A DNA stretch of 64,000 bases from Moniliella sp. 'wahieum' (lineage: Eukaryota), in NCBI GenBank assembly GCA_003971905.1, contig RSEE01000007.1, forward strand, positions 496,001 to 560,000, given 5' to 3'. Position 1 is the stretch's first letter, and each line of letters begins with the position of its first letter. The position numbers and the translations under genes were made by a program. The notes under the pieces are model-generated. The model was not told the DNA's origin, did no database searches, and worked only from the letters and a program-made list of their open reading frames with translations. Positions 60,390-64,000 of the stretch are shown piece by piece.

Positions 60390-63300
60390 CTTGGTTGTCC
60401 GTGCTGGTGCTGGTGCCGGTACCAGTTCAAAGTCCGGGGTTGGGGCCGGGACGGGGGGAAGGGCAAGGGAAGCAAGCCAGCCAAGCGGTTGGCAAGCGGG
60501 ACCGCCGGACTGGCCCCGAGGCCGCGGCGGTGCCCGACACGCCGCCGAGAAGCCGTCGGAGCCGTACACCGTCCAAGCGTTTTGGCGCGGCACCCCACTG
60601 ACCGCTGTAGAGACCACCTTGACTGCTTCCGATGCCGGTGCTGATGCCGACGCCGACGCCGAGGAGGAGGAAGAGGGGAAGGCAGGGGCAAGCAAACGGC
60701 CTGGAAGGCGTATACACTCGAGCTGCCTGTACCTTTCACCAAGGGTGTGCACACGCTCGAAGTCGAGGTGAGCAATGTGCCCCGGCTCTTACCGCCTGCA
60801 TCCGATTCCGACTTGGCGCCCGGCTTGGCCGAAGAGGCGAGACGCATGCTGGCGCTCTTGCCGGAACGGTACCGTGTTTTTCTGCAACTGTGACCGATCG
60901 GGGTTGAACGTTGATGGTCTAACTACGTTAGGCGATCCCCACCTCAGCTGTATGTCAAGCAAGGGGCCACACGTTTGCAGAAGCGCGGGGAGGATGCGAG
61001 ATGAGAAATTCAGATGTACGTTCAAGCTGAGACTAGTGAAGGCGAAGGAGGGCAATACAGTGCAGGAAAGAGCGAGGCAGGATGGCACGATACATGAATG
61101 TGAATGGGCAGGATAGACGGCGGATGTGGAAGGTAAAGGGGGGGTGAAGAGCAAAACATCGACGTGTGCGCGACAAAAAAAGGGAGACAGAGACCAAAGA
61201 TGCATGTCACGCTCGCGACGAGCGACGCGCATCGTCCCAGGTGGACCATTGGGCACGAATGAAGGCGCGCTGTTGTTCTTGGTCAAAGCCAACGCCGGCT
61301 CCCGGTTGGCCTGCCGTCGCGGCCGAGGCAAGCGGACGACGGGAGGGATTAACATGGACTTGCGTTGGGCCCGATGCGACCGACGACGAGCCCGAGGACG
61401 AGACGGGAACCAAGACGGGTTGCGACACGTAGCGGCGATGCTTGGGCCCGGACGCCGTAGCTAGGGACGAAGCCGAGGCAGAGGTGGTGGTGGAAGCAGA
61501 GGGACCACGACGCGTGTTCCTCCGCCGCAACAAATCCAACCCTTTCTTCTTGGGTCCCGCCGCAACCCCCGATCCGGCGCCTGAGCCAGCGCCCGAGCCC
61601 AAGCCCACACCGGACCCACGAGTCGATCGCGGCAACAGATCCCCGACCAGGTCCCCATGCGCCGTCGTTGTACTTGCCCTCGTCGCTGCGGTTGTACCGC
61701 CATGGCTTGCCCCGCCCGACGCGGAGCCCAACCCGGAGGCCGAGCCACTTGCACACCTTCCAAACGCAGTTGGTCGGCCTCTGCCTGGCGCGCACGTTCA
61801 CGTTGCAAGTCACGCTGGAGCGCGGCATACCGCGGCGTGACCTGCTTGGGCTCCTTGGTCTTTAGGCTCATGGGTCTCGCGCCGGCTTTTGCGCCGCCGC
61901 GTAGGCCATTTGCGTTCCGCATCGGCCTCGGTCGCGACCGGGCTGGGAGTGGAACCCGGATGGGAAGGAGCAGCGGGTTCGGCAAGGGAGCCAGGCGAGC
62001 CGTGCTTGGTGATGGAATCATCGCTTTCCCCTTCGTGGTCGGGCTTGCCAGTGCCGGGCGAAGCGAGGGCTGTTGGGATCTGCTCGTCCTGGCCCGACTC
62101 TTGTTGCGTAATGGCCGTGGTGGGGGGTTGGACAGACGGCGATCCCGCCCCGGCTTCTCCGCCGGACCAGGCGCGACATATCTTGCGCATCCGCATACCA
62201 TTCGCCCACGGATCCCGTTTCTTGGGATCCTAGTTGCCGGCTTAAGACCACTGGAGATTCGGCTCCCGGTTCGTCCGGATCGAGCTTGGCCTCCCCCATT
62301 GCTTTTGCGCCGGATGAGGCTTGGGTCGGCAAAGGGGATTCGTCGAACAATGGTTCGCCCGAGCGTTTTTTCGTAAATCGGTGTTGGCACTACCTCCGGC
62401 ACCACTTGGACCACCTTCTCGGCAGGCTGGGAATTTTTCCGGCGCAGGCCAGGCATGGGCGAAGTCAAAAGGGACAATGGGTTCTTGCCCTTGCCCGTCT
62501 TGGTTGACGCCTTATGAGAGGGACACGCTCCGGCTTACGACAGGAGCACGAGCTGGATTCTGATCATTCTCCTGCTTCCTTCTCCTTCCTTCTCCTTTCC
62601 CTTTCCCTTTCCCTTTTCTTTTCTGTTTCCTTCTCCTGGGGTGACTCTGCTTCTTCGGGCATCGACGCCAACGGTTCCTCCCTACCGGGAGAAGAGACGT
62701 GCATGGTGCCTTGGCTTAAGGAGCGACGAGAAATCCGTACCCCCCATGACGAGTGGTGCGGTGGCAAATCGGACTTTTCTGTCGGACCCAGGGAGCGGTG
62801 GGCTGACGCCGATCCAACGCTGGCATTGGACCCAAACGAATGGGACATGCGCGTCGGTTGGCCCATCAAGTTGGTTGACGTTAAGGCGCTAAACAGGCTA
62901 CCCAAGGATTTCCCATTGCCCGTGGACACGGGAGTACCAGAACCCGTGCCACTGCCAGCCCCACCGGACCGACTGCGACTCATTCCATCCTCTAGAAGGG
63001 GCGGGTCGGGGGCGCTCGAGGCCGAACCACCCGCCCGCCCAAGGGGCGGCCGACGCGGAGGCTTACTGAGCGGAGTGGTGAGCGCCGACAACCCGCGGGG
63101 GGTCCGGACGGGCTCCGCCTCCCAGCCTCGTACCGCCTCCGTCGGGGGTGGAACGGGGGTACGACAGTAGGCGCCGTGCTTTCGGACGAGGCGGGCGGAC
63201 CAGCATTGAGCACGGGGTTATTCCGTCCGAGGGGAAAGCGCTTGGGCTTACCGGTAGCGGTGGCTGTGGGGGTGGATGAGGAGGGGGATGTGGCTAGAGG

Positions 63301-64000
63301 AGTCGGAGGGGAGGGGTGGGAAGAAGAGGGCCGAGGCGGGGAGGGGCGGGGGCGCGCCTGATGCCGGCGGGGAGGCAGCGGGGGAGGAGGCACAGCCGCC
63401 GCGGGGCTTGCATGGGCGGCGGCGCGATTGGTACGGCAGCCATTGTAGGGGGCATCCAGGGCGAAGAGGAACTGCTGCCAGGGAGGGGGCCGGATGCGGA
63501 GCGCCGCGTGGCGGCTGTCAGTGCTGCCGCACGCGCCTTGTACCCTGCTTCGGCCGAGGACGGCATGCCCGGCAAGACACGGGGGTGAGAGTGGGAGTGC
63601 GCCTGGGCCTGGGCCTGGGCTGGGCCTGCTGGGCAAGGCGCGTCTGTCGGTGCGTGCCGAGCGCGGGCTGGGCCGGAAGGAGCGTTTGGGACGGCATGGC
63701 CGGGCCGCCTGCGGCTGGGTGGCAGCCAGGGCAGCGGCGGTCAACGGACCGGCCGCTGGCGATGGCTGGGACAGGACGCGCGGCTTGGTAGGCTGCGTGC
63801 GGCGGTAGTTGAACTGGTGGTAGTTCGCTCCCGGGTTGGCTGCAATCGACGACGAGTGGGACGACGGCTCCCTTGCCGGCTGGAGAACATAGTTGAGGCC
63901 GAGTTGCTCGCGTTGAAGTTTGGCGGAGCGGGCGGATTTGGTACCGGACGACCGTGGCGGTGGCGGGGAGGGAAGGGGCGGGGACTGGAAGACGTGGCCC
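60366..64000 (-). CDS. Hypothetical low-complexity Ser/Gly/Pro/Arg-rich protein, 5' end outside the window
   Basis: Chain of long minus-strand ORFs (62564-63091, 61461-62477, 61207-61731, 60366-60752); no domain recognised. Confidence 0.4.

Overview
GC-rich, intron-poor fungal DNA, most consistent with a basidiomycete (probably Ustilaginomycotina; inference). The assembly carries many single-base indels, so real genes are split over several frames. Recognisable genes: an LRR-RhoGEF, ERV29/SURF4, a 6-phosphofructo-2-kinase with a degenerate phosphatase domain, an intron-containing tRNA-Pro(CGG), CDC24, a MET30/SconB F-box-WD40 protein, V-ATPase subunit D (VMA8), a secreted and possibly GPI-anchored GMC oxidoreductase, a pyridoxamine-phosphate-oxidase-like protein, FUR1, a divergent metacaspase and a tandem-bromodomain protein, plus three low-complexity hypothetical genes. 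Two things stand out. (1) Almost every gene-upstream region carries arrays with one grammar: a TCA/TGA (sometimes CCA/TGG/TAA) triplet every 7 bp, separated by a 4-bp palindrome. At least 13 of the 16 possible palindromes are used, and the core can switch without breaking phase. (2) A young 3.6-kb Ty3/gypsy chromovirus-like element has LTRs, a 5-bp TSD, a PPT and a self-priming-type PBS, and encodes Gag and integrase-chromodomain but no protease, RT or RNase H. Two solo LTRs of a second family, each with its own TSD, are also present.
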